DNA from: Bacteroidales bacterium
GTDB taxonomy: Bacteria; Bacteroidota; Bacteroidia; Bacteroidales; UBA10428
NCBI GenBank assembly: GCA_020354785.1
Contig: CP070654.1
Location: 2,474,274-2,508,004 of the forward strand
DNA: 33,731 bases
Direction of reading: 5' to 3'
Shown: in pieces, positions 9,764 to 18,400 of the stretch
How the letters are laid out: every line of letters begins with the position of its first letter
How positions within the stretch are numbered: the stretch's first letter is position 1
Made by a program: the position numbers and the translations under genes
Notes under the pieces: generated by a model
Told to the model about the DNA's origin: nothing
Databases searched by the model: none
What the model saw: the letters and a program-made list of their open reading frames with translations, nothing else

Positions 9764-10874
9764 CAGCCGGCTTACTGATGTACAGGCAACAAAAGTTATA
9801 CCTGTACGGCCTGATGAATTTGATTTTGATGAGTATTCTGAATATGCTGATAAATTAAATGTCAGATGTAAAACATTCTGGACGGCGGATTCCGGTGTCA
9901 TGGTATACAGGCGTATGCGTGTTGGTGAGTGTTTCTCATACGGATGCCGTAATATGAAGCAATCACTGGAATATCAGTTGGGTGCCCTGAAGATGAGCCT
10001 TAATTTCAAGGCTGACATTCCGAATTTTTTGGAACCATGGTATGGTACAGGAACCATTGCAAGTGCTTTTGGAGGAGAATATGTCTGGATCGCAGGGAAT
10101 GCACCTGCAATGAAACCTGCGTTTGACTCTATAGACGACTTACTGGAATATACGCCAAAGGAGGTAAAACATACTGGCATAGGCCGGCATACTCTTGATA
10201 TGATAGATTATTTTATGGAAAAGACAGGGGGCAAGCTTCCTGTGTCACTAACTGACTCACAGTCGCCATTGAATATTGCCGGTTATCTTCTTCCGCTGGA
10301 TAAGTTTTTTACATATATGATAATGGTGCCTGAAAAGGTGATCCGGCTTCTTGAGATTATTGCAAATCTGTCAGTTGACTTCAACAATGAACAGGTCAAA
10401 CGAATTGGTAATGCTTTGGTGCTTCCCGGACATGGATTTGCATCTTCAACAAAATGGAGTGGATTGGGAATGAGTGATGATAATGCTATCATGATATCAC
10501 CTGAGCAGTATCTTGAGATCGTTAATCCTTCAGCCGGAAAGATTTGCCGTTTTTTTGGAGGTTATGGTTTTCATTCATGCGGCGACTGGTCAGGATGGAT
10601 TGATTCTGTGCTAAATATCAAAGATATACGAATGGCTGACGGAGCTTTTTCAAATGAAACTGATCCAGATGCAATAAAAAACCTTGAGGTATACCATCGT
10701 TTTTCAGGAACAGGAATTGTACTTAACGCCCGGATTGTCGGCGATATCCACACAATTGAGCAGCAGGTCAGACGACTGTGGGCCCCTGGAATGAAACTTG
10801 TAGTTGTCACTTATTGTGCAACCTGTGATGAACAGAACAGGGCCTATGATTTAATTCACCGGATTTGTAGCTGA
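9750..10874 (+). CDS. Cytoplasmic URO-D/MtaA-like protein with a putative Zn site, paralog 2
   Basis: 374 aa with no signal peptide. Its start overlaps the upstream stop by 14 nt, which suggests translational coupling. Blocks: SLTDSQSPLNIAGYL...VPEKVIRLLEIIANLSVDF, then GMSDDNAIMISPEQYLEIVNP, then FHSCG (H275/C277, nt 10572-10580), and C356/C359 located 79 and 82 residues after C277. The architecture matches the upstream paralog. Confidence 0.55.
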   Translation: MKKFDSRLTDVQATKVIPVRPDEFDFDEYSEYADKLNVRCKTFWTADSGVMVYRRMRVGECFSYGCRNMKQSLEYQLGALKMSLNFKADIPNFLEPWYGTGTIASAFGGEYVWIAGNAPAMKPAFDSIDDLLEYTPKEVKHTGIGRHTLDMIDYFMEKTGGKLPVSLTDSQSPLNIAGYLLPLDKFFTYMIMVPEKVIRLLEIIANLSVDFNNEQVKRIGNALVLPGHGFASSTKWSGLGMSDDNAIMISPEQYLEIVNPSAGKICRFFGGYGFHSCGDWSGWIDSVLNIKDIRMADGAFSNETDPDAIKNLEVYHRFSGTGIVLNARIVGDIHTIEQQVRRLWAPGMKLVVVTYCATCDEQNRAYDLIHRICS

Positions 10875-10884
10875 AAATAATATA

Positions 10885-12156
10885 TTGATGAAGCAAAAGA
10901 TGCTTAATTCTAAAATAGGAAATTACAGGTGGCGTGTCGTTGCACTGTTGTTTTTTGCTACAACAATTAACTATATTGACAGGCAGGTACTGGGTATCCT
11001 GGCTCCTCTTCTGCAGGATTTATTTAAGTGGTCGGAATCTGATTACAGTTTGATAATAATGTCTTTTCAGGCAGCTTATGCTATTGGTTTAATATCTATG
11101 GGAGGATTGCTGGATAAAATAGGAACAAAGGCAGGCTATATTATTGCGATTACTATATGGAGTACAGCCGGTATGTTTCATGCAGCAGCAAGGAGTGTCA
11201 TTTCATTCGTCATTGCCAGGTTTACTTTAGGCATCGGTGAATCGGCTAATTTCCCTGCTGCAGTTAAAACAGTTGCCGAATGGTTTCCCAAACGCGAACG
11301 TGCATTAGCTACAGGTATTTTCAACTCTGGTACTAACATAGGGGCAATACTTACACCCCTGATTATTCCCTTTATAGCTTTAAAATGGGGTTGGCAGTGG
11401 GCCTTTATCATCACAGGAGCGCTGGGTTTTGTATGGCTGGTATTCTGGTGGATGTTCTATAAAAGGCCGGAAAAAACACCCCGGCTCAGACCTGGTGAGA
11501 GAAAATATATCTTGCAGGATGGGGAGGAAATATCAAAAAGAATACCATGGATTAAGATATTTCCCCACAAACAAACACTGGGTATATGCCTTGCACGCTT
11601 TGTAACCGATCCTGTATGGTGGTTCTTTTTATACTGGCTTCCCAAATTTTTAAATACTAATCATGATATTGATCTTAGTAATATCGGATTACCTTTAATA
11701 ATAATATATTTAATATCTGATGGAGGAGCAATAACAGGAGGATGGTTATCCTCATTTTTCATCAGAAGAGGCAAAGATCCCGTAGCTGCACGTAAACTTA
11801 CAATTCTGTTGCTTGCTCTGCTGGTTGTTCCAATCTTTTTTGCATCTGTAACATCACACATATGGATGGCTGTTGCATTGATATCAATGGCAACTTTTGC
11901 ACACCAGGGATATGCCTCCAACATTTTTACTATAGTTTCTGATGTTTATCCCAAGGACGCAGTGGGTTCTATGATCGGACTATCAGGTTTTGCAGGTGCA
12001 GTAGGCGGAGTAGTATTTTCTTTCCTGGTTGGTTTGATACTTGAACTTACAGGCAGTTACTATATTGTATTTGGAATAGCAAGTATAGCATACCTTCTTT
12101 GCTGGATTGCACTGAAACTTTTTGTCCCTGACAATAAAACAATTATTATTGCCTAA
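10885..12156 (+). CDS. MFS transporter, anion:cation symporter subfamily, hexuronate transporter (ExuT)-like
   Basis: 423 aa with about 12 hydrophobic helices. The N-terminal block RWRVVALLFFATTINYIDRQVLGILAPLL...SDYSLIIMSFQAAYAIGLISMGGLLDKIGTKAGY closely parallels the E. coli ExuT pattern S.II.AY.AAY....Q...G..LD..GTK.GY, as I recall it. Confidence 0.8.
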   Translation: MMKQKMLNSKIGNYRWRVVALLFFATTINYIDRQVLGILAPLLQDLFKWSESDYSLIIMSFQAAYAIGLISMGGLLDKIGTKAGYIIAITIWSTAGMFHAAARSVISFVIARFTLGIGESANFPAAVKTVAEWFPKRERALATGIFNSGTNIGAILTPLIIPFIALKWGWQWAFIITGALGFVWLVFWWMFYKRPEKTPRLRPGERKYILQDGEEISKRIPWIKIFPHKQTLGICLARFVTDPVWWFFLYWLPKFLNTNHDIDLSNIGLPLIIIYLISDGGAITGGWLSSFFIRRGKDPVAARKLTILLLALLVVPIFFASVTSHIWMAVALISMATFAHQGYASNIFTIVSDVYPKDAVGSMIGLSGFAGAVGGVVFSFLVGLILELTGSYYIVFGIASIAYLLCWIALKLFVPDNKTIIIA

Positions 12157-12207
12157 AAATATAAAGTATAATATATTAAAGACTAATTTTTTTATAAACC
12201 TGTAAAT

Positions 12208-14658
12208 ATGAAACGACTATTTGTTATACTATTAAAGGTGGTATTGATTGTTAACATTTCATATACCCGGAACAATAAGGAACTTAAGCTCTGGTACAAC
12301 CGCCCTGCAAATAACTGGAACGAGGCACTTCCTGTTGGAAACGGCCGTTTAGGGGCTATGGTATTCGGGAATCCCGAAAGGGAGCATTTGCAATTAAACG
12401 AGGAAACTGTCTGGGCTGGCGGACCACACACCAATGTAAATCCTGAATCAAAACCATACATTGCTGAAGTGCGATCTCTTTTGTTTAAAGGAGAGTATAA
12501 AAAAGCCCAGGAGATAGCAGATGAATATATTAAAAGTCATGTTAACGGAATGCCCTACCAGCCTGCCGGTGATGTATACCTTCTATTTCCCGGTCACAGT
12601 AACTTTTCTTATTATTACCGTGGTCTGGATATAGGAAAGGCCGTGGCATCAGTATCATATACAGTAAATAATGTACAATACAAAAGGGAAATTATTTCAT
12701 CATTTACAGATCAGGTGGTCATTATCCGTTTAACAGCCAGTGAACCCGGAATGATCAGCTGCATTATTTCTGCCGGAAGCTTGCAAAAATATGAGACTGA
12801 AATTCACGATGACAAAATAGTAGTTAATGCTATTACAACAGATCATGAGGGAATAAAGGGGCAGGTTAGACTTAACACTATAATAAAGCCAGTAGTTAGT
12901 AACGGACTCATTGAAAAAGATGATACCAGCCTGGTTATAAGAAATGCCGATAAGGCTACGATTTATATTTCCATAGGCACAAATTTTATTAATTACAAAG
13001 ATATTAGTGCCAATTCTGCAGATAAGGCTGAGAATTACCTGACAGGAGCTTTACAAAAGGACTATAATATTGCACTGAAAGATCATATTGCTTTTTACAG
13101 GCAGTATTTTGACAGGGTGGATATCGACCTGGGTACAACCGATTCTGTTAATAATCCTACTGATGTCAGGTTGAAACAATATAAGCACGGAAACGATCCC
13201 CAGCTTGCAGCGCTTTACTTTCAATTTGGCCGGTACCTCCTGATCAGCAGCTCGCAGCCTGGCGGCCAGCCGGCTAACCTTCAGGGAATATGGAATCCGC
13301 TGCTTAGACCTCCATGGGAAAGCAAGTATACACTGAACATTAATTGTGAAATGAATTACTGGCCTGCCGAGGTAACAAACCTGACTGAACTTAACGATCC
13401 TTTATTCAGTATGATTAATGATTTATCGATAACCGGCCGGGAAAGCGCAAGCAAACTGTATGACGCACCCGGGTGGGTAGTGCATCATAATACGGATATA
13501 TGGCGCGTAACAGGTATTTTTGACAGGGCTTATTTCGGATTATGGCAAACGGGCAGTGCATGGCTTAGCCAGCATCTGTGGCAGCATTACCTGTTCACCG
13601 GTGATACAGATTTTCTTAAAAATATTTACCAGGTAATGAAGAGTGCTGCTGAATTTTATGTTGATGAACTTGTTGAGGAACCCGAAACCAGGTATTTAGT
13701 TATAGGTCCGTCGAATTCCCCGGAAAACAACTACCTGGGTTTGGCATCTGCAAGCGTGGGAACAACTATGGATAACCAGCTGATATTCGATTTGTTTTCA
13801 AATGTTATCCGATCAGCAGAAATACTTGAGCTTGATAGTGCCTTTGCAGACAGGTTGCGTGAAAAACGGGCAAGGCTGGCACCAATGCATATAGGCCAAT
13901 ACAGTCAGTTGCAGGAGTGGCTGTATGACTGGGACGATACTACCGATCATCACCGCCATGTTTCGCATCTCTACGGATTGTATCCGAGCAACCAGATATC
14001 CCCCGAAAGGTCTCCAGAACTTTTCCAGGCGGCAAAAAACTCTTTACTTTACAGGGGTGATGAGTCAACCGGCTGGTCTATGGGATGGAAGGTAAACCTT
14101 TGGGCACGGTTATTAGACGGTAATCATGCCTATAAACTCATTACTGATCAGCTTACACCTTCTGTTCAGCCGGACGGATCTGAAAGAGGAGGTACTTACC
14201 TGAACCTGCTTGATGCTCATCCCCCATTTCAAATTGACGGCAATTTTGGCTGTACTGCAGGTATTGCTGAAATGCTCCTGCAGAGCCATGACGGATATAT
14301 TTTTGTATTACCTGCATTACCTGACAGCTGGCCTCGTGGTGAAGTAAAAGGACTGGTAGCCAGGGGCGGATATGAAATTGATATGAGCTGGGAAAAAGGA
14401 AAGGTTAAAACCCTTGCAATTCACTCAAGGCTGGGAGGCAATTGCAGGATAAGATTATTCCAGGAAATTGAATCAACCTGTGATGCAAAACTTAATAAAG
14501 CAAATGGCGCCAACACAAATCCCTTATATTCTGTAAATGAAATAAAGAAACCGGTAATATCAGCCAAAGCAAAAATTACTAAACCTGAATTAAAGGAAAC
14601 ACAAGTATATGATTTCATGACCGAATCCGGGAAAACCTATACTTTTGTAATTAAATAG
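12208..14658 (+). CDS. Glycoside hydrolase family 95 (alpha-L-fucosidase / alpha-L-galactosidase type)
   Basis: 816 aa with a signal peptide. GH95 hallmarks are present: LWYNRPANNWNEALPVGNGRLGAMVFG, LNEETVWAGGP, PANLQGIWN, YTLNINCEMNYWPAEVTNL, GWVVHHNTDIWR, SPENN, HRHVSHLYGLYP, STGWSMGWKVNLWARL, and PPFQIDGNFGCTAGIAEMLLQS. Confidence 0.92.
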   Translation: MKRLFVILLKVVLIVNISYTRNNKELKLWYNRPANNWNEALPVGNGRLGAMVFGNPEREHLQLNEETVWAGGPHTNVNPESKPYIAEVRSLLFKGEYKKAQEIADEYIKSHVNGMPYQPAGDVYLLFPGHSNFSYYYRGLDIGKAVASVSYTVNNVQYKREIISSFTDQVVIIRLTASEPGMISCIISAGSLQKYETEIHDDKIVVNAITTDHEGIKGQVRLNTIIKPVVSNGLIEKDDTSLVIRNADKATIYISIGTNFINYKDISANSADKAENYLTGALQKDYNIALKDHIAFYRQYFDRVDIDLGTTDSVNNPTDVRLKQYKHGNDPQLAALYFQFGRYLLISSSQPGGQPANLQGIWNPLLRPPWESKYTLNINCEMNYWPAEVTNLTELNDPLFSMINDLSITGRESASKLYDAPGWVVHHNTDIWRVTGIFDRAYFGLWQTGSAWLSQHLWQHYLFTGDTDFLKNIYQVMKSAAEFYVDELVEEPETRYLVIGPSNSPENNYLGLASASVGTTMDNQLIFDLFSNVIRSAEILELDSAFADRLREKRARLAPMHIGQYSQLQEWLYDWDDTTDHHRHVSHLYGLYPSNQISPERSPELFQAAKNSLLYRGDESTGWSMGWKVNLWARLLDGNHAYKLITDQLTPSVQPDGSERGGTYLNLLDAHPPFQIDGNFGCTAGIAEMLLQSHDGYIFVLPALPDSWPRGEVKGLVARGGYEIDMSWEKGKVKTLAIHSRLGGNCRIRLFQEIESTCDAKLNKANGANTNPLYSVNEIKKPVISAKAKITKPELKETQVYDFMTESGKTYTFVIK

Positions 14659-14699
14659 TATTGTATTAATAGCTGAATATATTATATAAATTCCTGAAG

Positions 14700-17600
14700 A
14701 TGATAGATTCATGGTTTATATCAAAGGGAATAATTCGATTCACAATTGCTCTGTTATATTTATCAGCTATGGCAGACTGTTATTCCGGGGAAGGTGATCG
14801 CACCGATATACCGTTGGATGAAAACTGGCGGACTACAGCAAATGATACAAATAAGTATGCATTCAGGGGATTTGAGCAACCGGATTTTGATGATTCTGGC
14901 TGGGAACTGGTAGATATACCTCATAACTGGGACAGGTATGAAGGTTACAGAAGGTTGTTACATGGGAATCGCCACGGTTATGCATGGTACAGAAGGCATT
15001 TCACAATAAACCTCCGGGGAAATGACAGGAGATATTTCCTGTGGTTTGAAGGGGCCGGATCATATACCACAATCTGGGTTAACGGCAGGAAAGCAGGTTA
15101 TCATGCCGGCGGCAGAACATCTTTTACAGTTGATATTACTGATTTTGTTCATGCTGATAACAGGCCAAATCTGTTAGCAGTGCGTACCGACCATCCGTCA
15201 TCGATAAGAGATCTGCCGTGGGTTTGCGGAGGTTGCTCAGAAGAGTGGGGTTTTTCAGAGGGTTCCCAGCCTATGGGTATTTTCAGACCGGTTCATTTAA
15301 TTATTACCGGGGAGATTCGTATTGAACCTTATGGAGTACATATATGGAATGATACAACAGTATCCGATACCTCCGCCCTGTTAAATATTGAAATCGAAGT
15401 AAAAAATTATAGTAAAATAGAAAGAACTGTTAACCTTATAAATCAATTAATATACCATGATGGTACAGCCATCGCTGAAGTAAGGGCAAGAGCTAAGATA
15501 CCTGCCGATACTAATATTATTATTAGACATGAACCGATAAAAGTTGTTAATCCGCGTTTATGGTCACCCGAAGATCCTTTTCTCTATGTAGTGGAATCAG
15601 AAGTAATTGAAAATAATAAAGTAATTGATTTTACAAGCACCCGTTATGGTATAAGGTGGATTAGGTGGCCCATAGGTGAAGCATCAGGTTCAGGACAGTT
15701 TCTTCTTAACGGCAAACCGGTTTTTATAAACGGAACTGCAGAGTACGAACATATGATGGGCCAGAGTCATGCTTTCAGCTATGAGCAGATAAAATCCCGT
15801 ATAAGCCAGGTGAAGGGAGCAGGCTTTAATGCTTTCAGAGATGCTCATCAACCTCATAATTTGCAATACAGAAGGTTTCTGGATCTTTATGGTCTTCTCT
15901 GGTGGCCCCAGTTTGCAGCTCATATTTGGTTCGACAATCCCGAATTCAGGAGCAATTTTAAGAAATTGCTTAGGGACTGGGTGAAAGAACGCCGTAACAG
16001 TCCTTCGGTGATACTGTGGGGTCTTGAAAATGAAAGCACCCTTCCTGCTGATTTTGCCCGCGAATGTACTGACATTATCAGGGAGCTTGATCCGACTGCA
16101 TCTGTACAAAGAAAAGTGACTACATGTAATGGAGGTAAAGGAACAGACTGGAATGTTATTCAAAACTGGTCAGGTACATATGCGGGAGATCCTTATGCCT
16201 ATGCAGATGATATTCAGCGCGAGTTGCTGAATGGAGAATACGGCGCCTGGAGAAGTATTGATTTTCATACAGAGGGAACTTTTGTACAGGATGCACCGCT
16301 CAGCGAAGACCGTATGACCCAGCTAATGGAAATGAAGATCAGGCTGGCTGAATCGGTTAGAGATAAATGTTGCGGCCAGTTTCACTGGCTTTTCAACTCA
16401 CACGAAAATCCGGGAAGAACACAGAATGGGGAAGGAGTACGGGACTTCGACAGGGTGGGACCTGTCAATTACAAAGGATTGTTTTCATGCTGGGGAGAAC
16501 CCCTGGATGTATATTATATGTACCGCGCTAATTATGCCCCGAAAGAAAAGGAACCAATGGTATATATAGTATCACATACCTGGCCTGACAGGTGGATATC
16601 ACCTGGTAAAAAAGACGGTATTATAGTATATTCCAATTGTGAAGAAGTTGAGCTTTTCAATGATGTAAAAACACTTTCTCTAGGCAGACGAACACACCGG
16701 GGTATTGGTACACATTTTCAATGGGACGGGGTAGAGGTAAATTATAATATACTCTATGCAGTTGGGTATGTAAATGGTAAAGCAGTGGCAGAGGACTTAA
16801 TTGTCCTGAATCATCTATCGGAATCACCAGGTTTTTCTGAATTAATTGAAGAAAGTGGAGAACCTGTTATTTCGCCGGTGAAGGACTATAACTACCTGTA
16901 CCGTGTTAATTGCGGCGGACCGGAATACAAGGATAAATATGGTAATACATGGATGGGCGATTGCCATAAAACAAGTGATACAACATGGGGAAGCAAATCA
17001 TGGACAGATGAATATCCGGAAATGCCTGCTTTTTATGCAAGCCAGCGCAGGACTTTTGATCCTATACTAAACACTGCTGACCGGAAGCTTTTCCAGACCT
17101 TTCGTTATGGTCGTGACAAACTGAGATATGAATTTCCTGTTCCTGATGGTGATTATATAGTTGAATTATATTTTATTGAACCCTGGTATGGTACGGGAGG
17201 CAGTATGGATTGCCGGGGCTGGCGGCTTTTTGATGTAGCAGTCAACAACGACATATTCTTAAAAAATCTGGATATATGGAGGGCCGCAGGACACGACCAT
17301 GTACTTAAGAAGCAAGTCAGGGTGAATATTACAGGCGGGCAACTTTCCATATCATTCCCTTATGTTGCATCAGGGCAGGCAGTAATATCAGCAATAGCTA
17401 TTGCCATTGCGGACCATAGTATAAAACCGGCTCCAAGGTCAGAATCCCTCATTAATAACTTTGCACTCACCGATAAGGAAGTATCAGGTAAATGGTCTGT
17501 CCGGTCATGGATGGACACAGGCGAGAAGCAATATACGGATGATACAGCAGTTTTCAGCTCTCTTCCTTCATACCTTTACGGAGCAGAGTGGATAAGAACA

Positions 17601-18299
17601 AGTGAGCCTCACGAATATACTGATAATAAAACTGTTGCCAGGTTCAATGTGAGTGCGGAATCAGATGTGTTTGTTGCATTAGATACACAAATATCTGAAA
17701 TACCGGAATGGCTGGAAAGTTATGCTGATACAAGAACTACGGTTGAAAACAGTCATGACGGAGGCCGGAAATTCAGGGTTTACAGCAGACGTTATCCGGA
17801 AAATGCAGAGGTGGTACTTGGAAATAATGGCATCTCTTCAACAGGAAGTACTGAAATGTACACCGTTGCCGTTTGTCCGGTTACCAGATTGAAACAGGCC
17901 GCTGATCAAAGACCTGTTATTAGTTACAGTGTAGAAGACGCATATTTAGCAGGTGCAGGTCTGGTAAAGGAAAAAATAAGGAACAGGCAGTGCGTGCGGT
18001 TTACAAGAGCAAAGGGTGATACTGTAGAATGGGAAATAAAGGTTGGCGTGGGCGATACTTATTCGCTGAGATTCAAATATATGAATCTGACCGGTAAAGT
18101 TATTCCTGTACGGTTAAAGATACTGTCGACCAATGGTATAATTATACGTGATGACCTGATAAAATTTCCTTCGTCTGATGATGGTTGGAAAACATTAAAT
18201 ACATCAACAGAACAAAGTATAAATGCAGGAAAATATAAGATCATGTTAGGTGCTGCCGGAGAAAAAGGACTAATTATCCGGACACTTGATGTTCAGTAA
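14700..18299 (+). CDS. Multidomain glycoside hydrolase family 2 enzyme with a malectin-like domain and C-terminal carbohydrate-binding-like domains
   Basis: 1199 aa. GH2 sugar-binding N-domain (LDENWR...FDDSGWELVDIPHNWD; YFLWFEGAGSYTTIWVNGRKAGYHAGGRTSFTVDIT). TIM barrel with the acid/base motif SVILWGLENES and the nucleophile-type motif LLNGEYGAW. A malectin-type block follows (YRVNCGGPEYKDKYGNTWMGD...RYGRDKLRYEFPVPDGDYIVELYFIEPWYG). Two further beta-sandwich-like C-terminal domains are present; the last begins YSVEDAYLAG and looks CBM6/35-like. Confidence 0.85.
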   Translation: MIDSWFISKGIIRFTIALLYLSAMADCYSGEGDRTDIPLDENWRTTANDTNKYAFRGFEQPDFDDSGWELVDIPHNWDRYEGYRRLLHGNRHGYAWYRRHFTINLRGNDRRYFLWFEGAGSYTTIWVNGRKAGYHAGGRTSFTVDITDFVHADNRPNLLAVRTDHPSSIRDLPWVCGGCSEEWGFSEGSQPMGIFRPVHLIITGEIRIEPYGVHIWNDTTVSDTSALLNIEIEVKNYSKIERTVNLINQLIYHDGTAIAEVRARAKIPADTNIIIRHEPIKVVNPRLWSPEDPFLYVVESEVIENNKVIDFTSTRYGIRWIRWPIGEASGSGQFLLNGKPVFINGTAEYEHMMGQSHAFSYEQIKSRISQVKGAGFNAFRDAHQPHNLQYRRFLDLYGLLWWPQFAAHIWFDNPEFRSNFKKLLRDWVKERRNSPSVILWGLENESTLPADFARECTDIIRELDPTASVQRKVTTCNGGKGTDWNVIQNWSGTYAGDPYAYADDIQRELLNGEYGAWRSIDFHTEGTFVQDAPLSEDRMTQLMEMKIRLAESVRDKCCGQFHWLFNSHENPGRTQNGEGVRDFDRVGPVNYKGLFSCWGEPLDVYYMYRANYAPKEKEPMVYIVSHTWPDRWISPGKKDGIIVYSNCEEVELFNDVKTLSLGRRTHRGIGTHFQWDGVEVNYNILYAVGYVNGKAVAEDLIVLNHLSESPGFSELIEESGEPVISPVKDYNYLYRVNCGGPEYKDKYGNTWMGDCHKTSDTTWGSKSWTDEYPEMPAFYASQRRTFDPILNTADRKLFQTFRYGRDKLRYEFPVPDGDYIVELYFIEPWYGTGGSMDCRGWRLFDVAVNNDIFLKNLDIWRAAGHDHVLKKQVRVNITGGQLSISFPYVASGQAVISAIAIAIADHSIKPAPRSESLINNFALTDKEVSGKWSVRSWMDTGEKQYTDDTAVFSSLPSYLYGAEWIRTSEPHEYTDNKTVARFNVSAESDVFVALDTQISEIPEWLESYADTRTTVENSHDGGRKFRVYSRRYPENAEVVLGNNGISSTGSTEMYTVAVCPVTRLKQAADQRPVISYSVEDAYLAGAGLVKEKIRNRQCVRFTRAKGDTVEWEIKVGVGDTYSLRFKYMNLTGKVIPVRLKILSTNGIIIRDDLIKFPSSDDGWKTLNTSTEQSINAGKYKIMLGAAGEKGLIIRTLDVQ

Positions 18300-18331
18300 A
18301 ATCCGTGGAAGAAATAACAGAGAATAAAAAA

Positions 18332-18361
18332 CCCGGTAGTGCTGTCATATGCATTACCGGG
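18332..18361. terminator. Bidirectional rho-independent terminator between convergent genes
   Basis: Stem of CCCGGTAGTGC (18332-18342) paired with GCATTACCGGG (18351-18361): 11 bp with one G-U pair and an 8-nt loop. It is flanked by an A-run upstream (AATAAAAAA) and a T-rich tract downstream (TATTTCTTTTT), so it can terminate both strands. Confidence 0.8.
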
Positions 18362-18400
18362 CTAATATTTCTTTTTGATCTTGAATTACTACTATACGGA

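Noticed and set aside
8672-10874. Search for a corrinoid (B12-binding, DxHxxG) protein, or a cobalamin riboswitch B12-box, associated with the URO-D/MtaA-like pair
   Set aside because: No DxHxxG-type motif is present in either protein (only DPHRMA and DIHTIE, which lack the Gly). No B12-binding ORF is nearby. There is no untranslated leader that could hold a riboswitch. A classical three-component corrinoid methyltransferase system therefore cannot be claimed from this window.
15690-16163. 157-aa antisense ORF inside the GH2 gene, and similar antisense or off-frame ORFs throughout the track (e.g. 1682-1957, 5505-5804, 7220-7486, 11661-11924, 18833-19072, 22951-23190, 25157-25447, 26717-26971, 32051-32531)
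   Set aside because: All are fully embedded in long, motif-rich CDSs on the other strand or frame. They have no recognisable domains or signals. I treat them as chance ORFs in AT-rich DNA.
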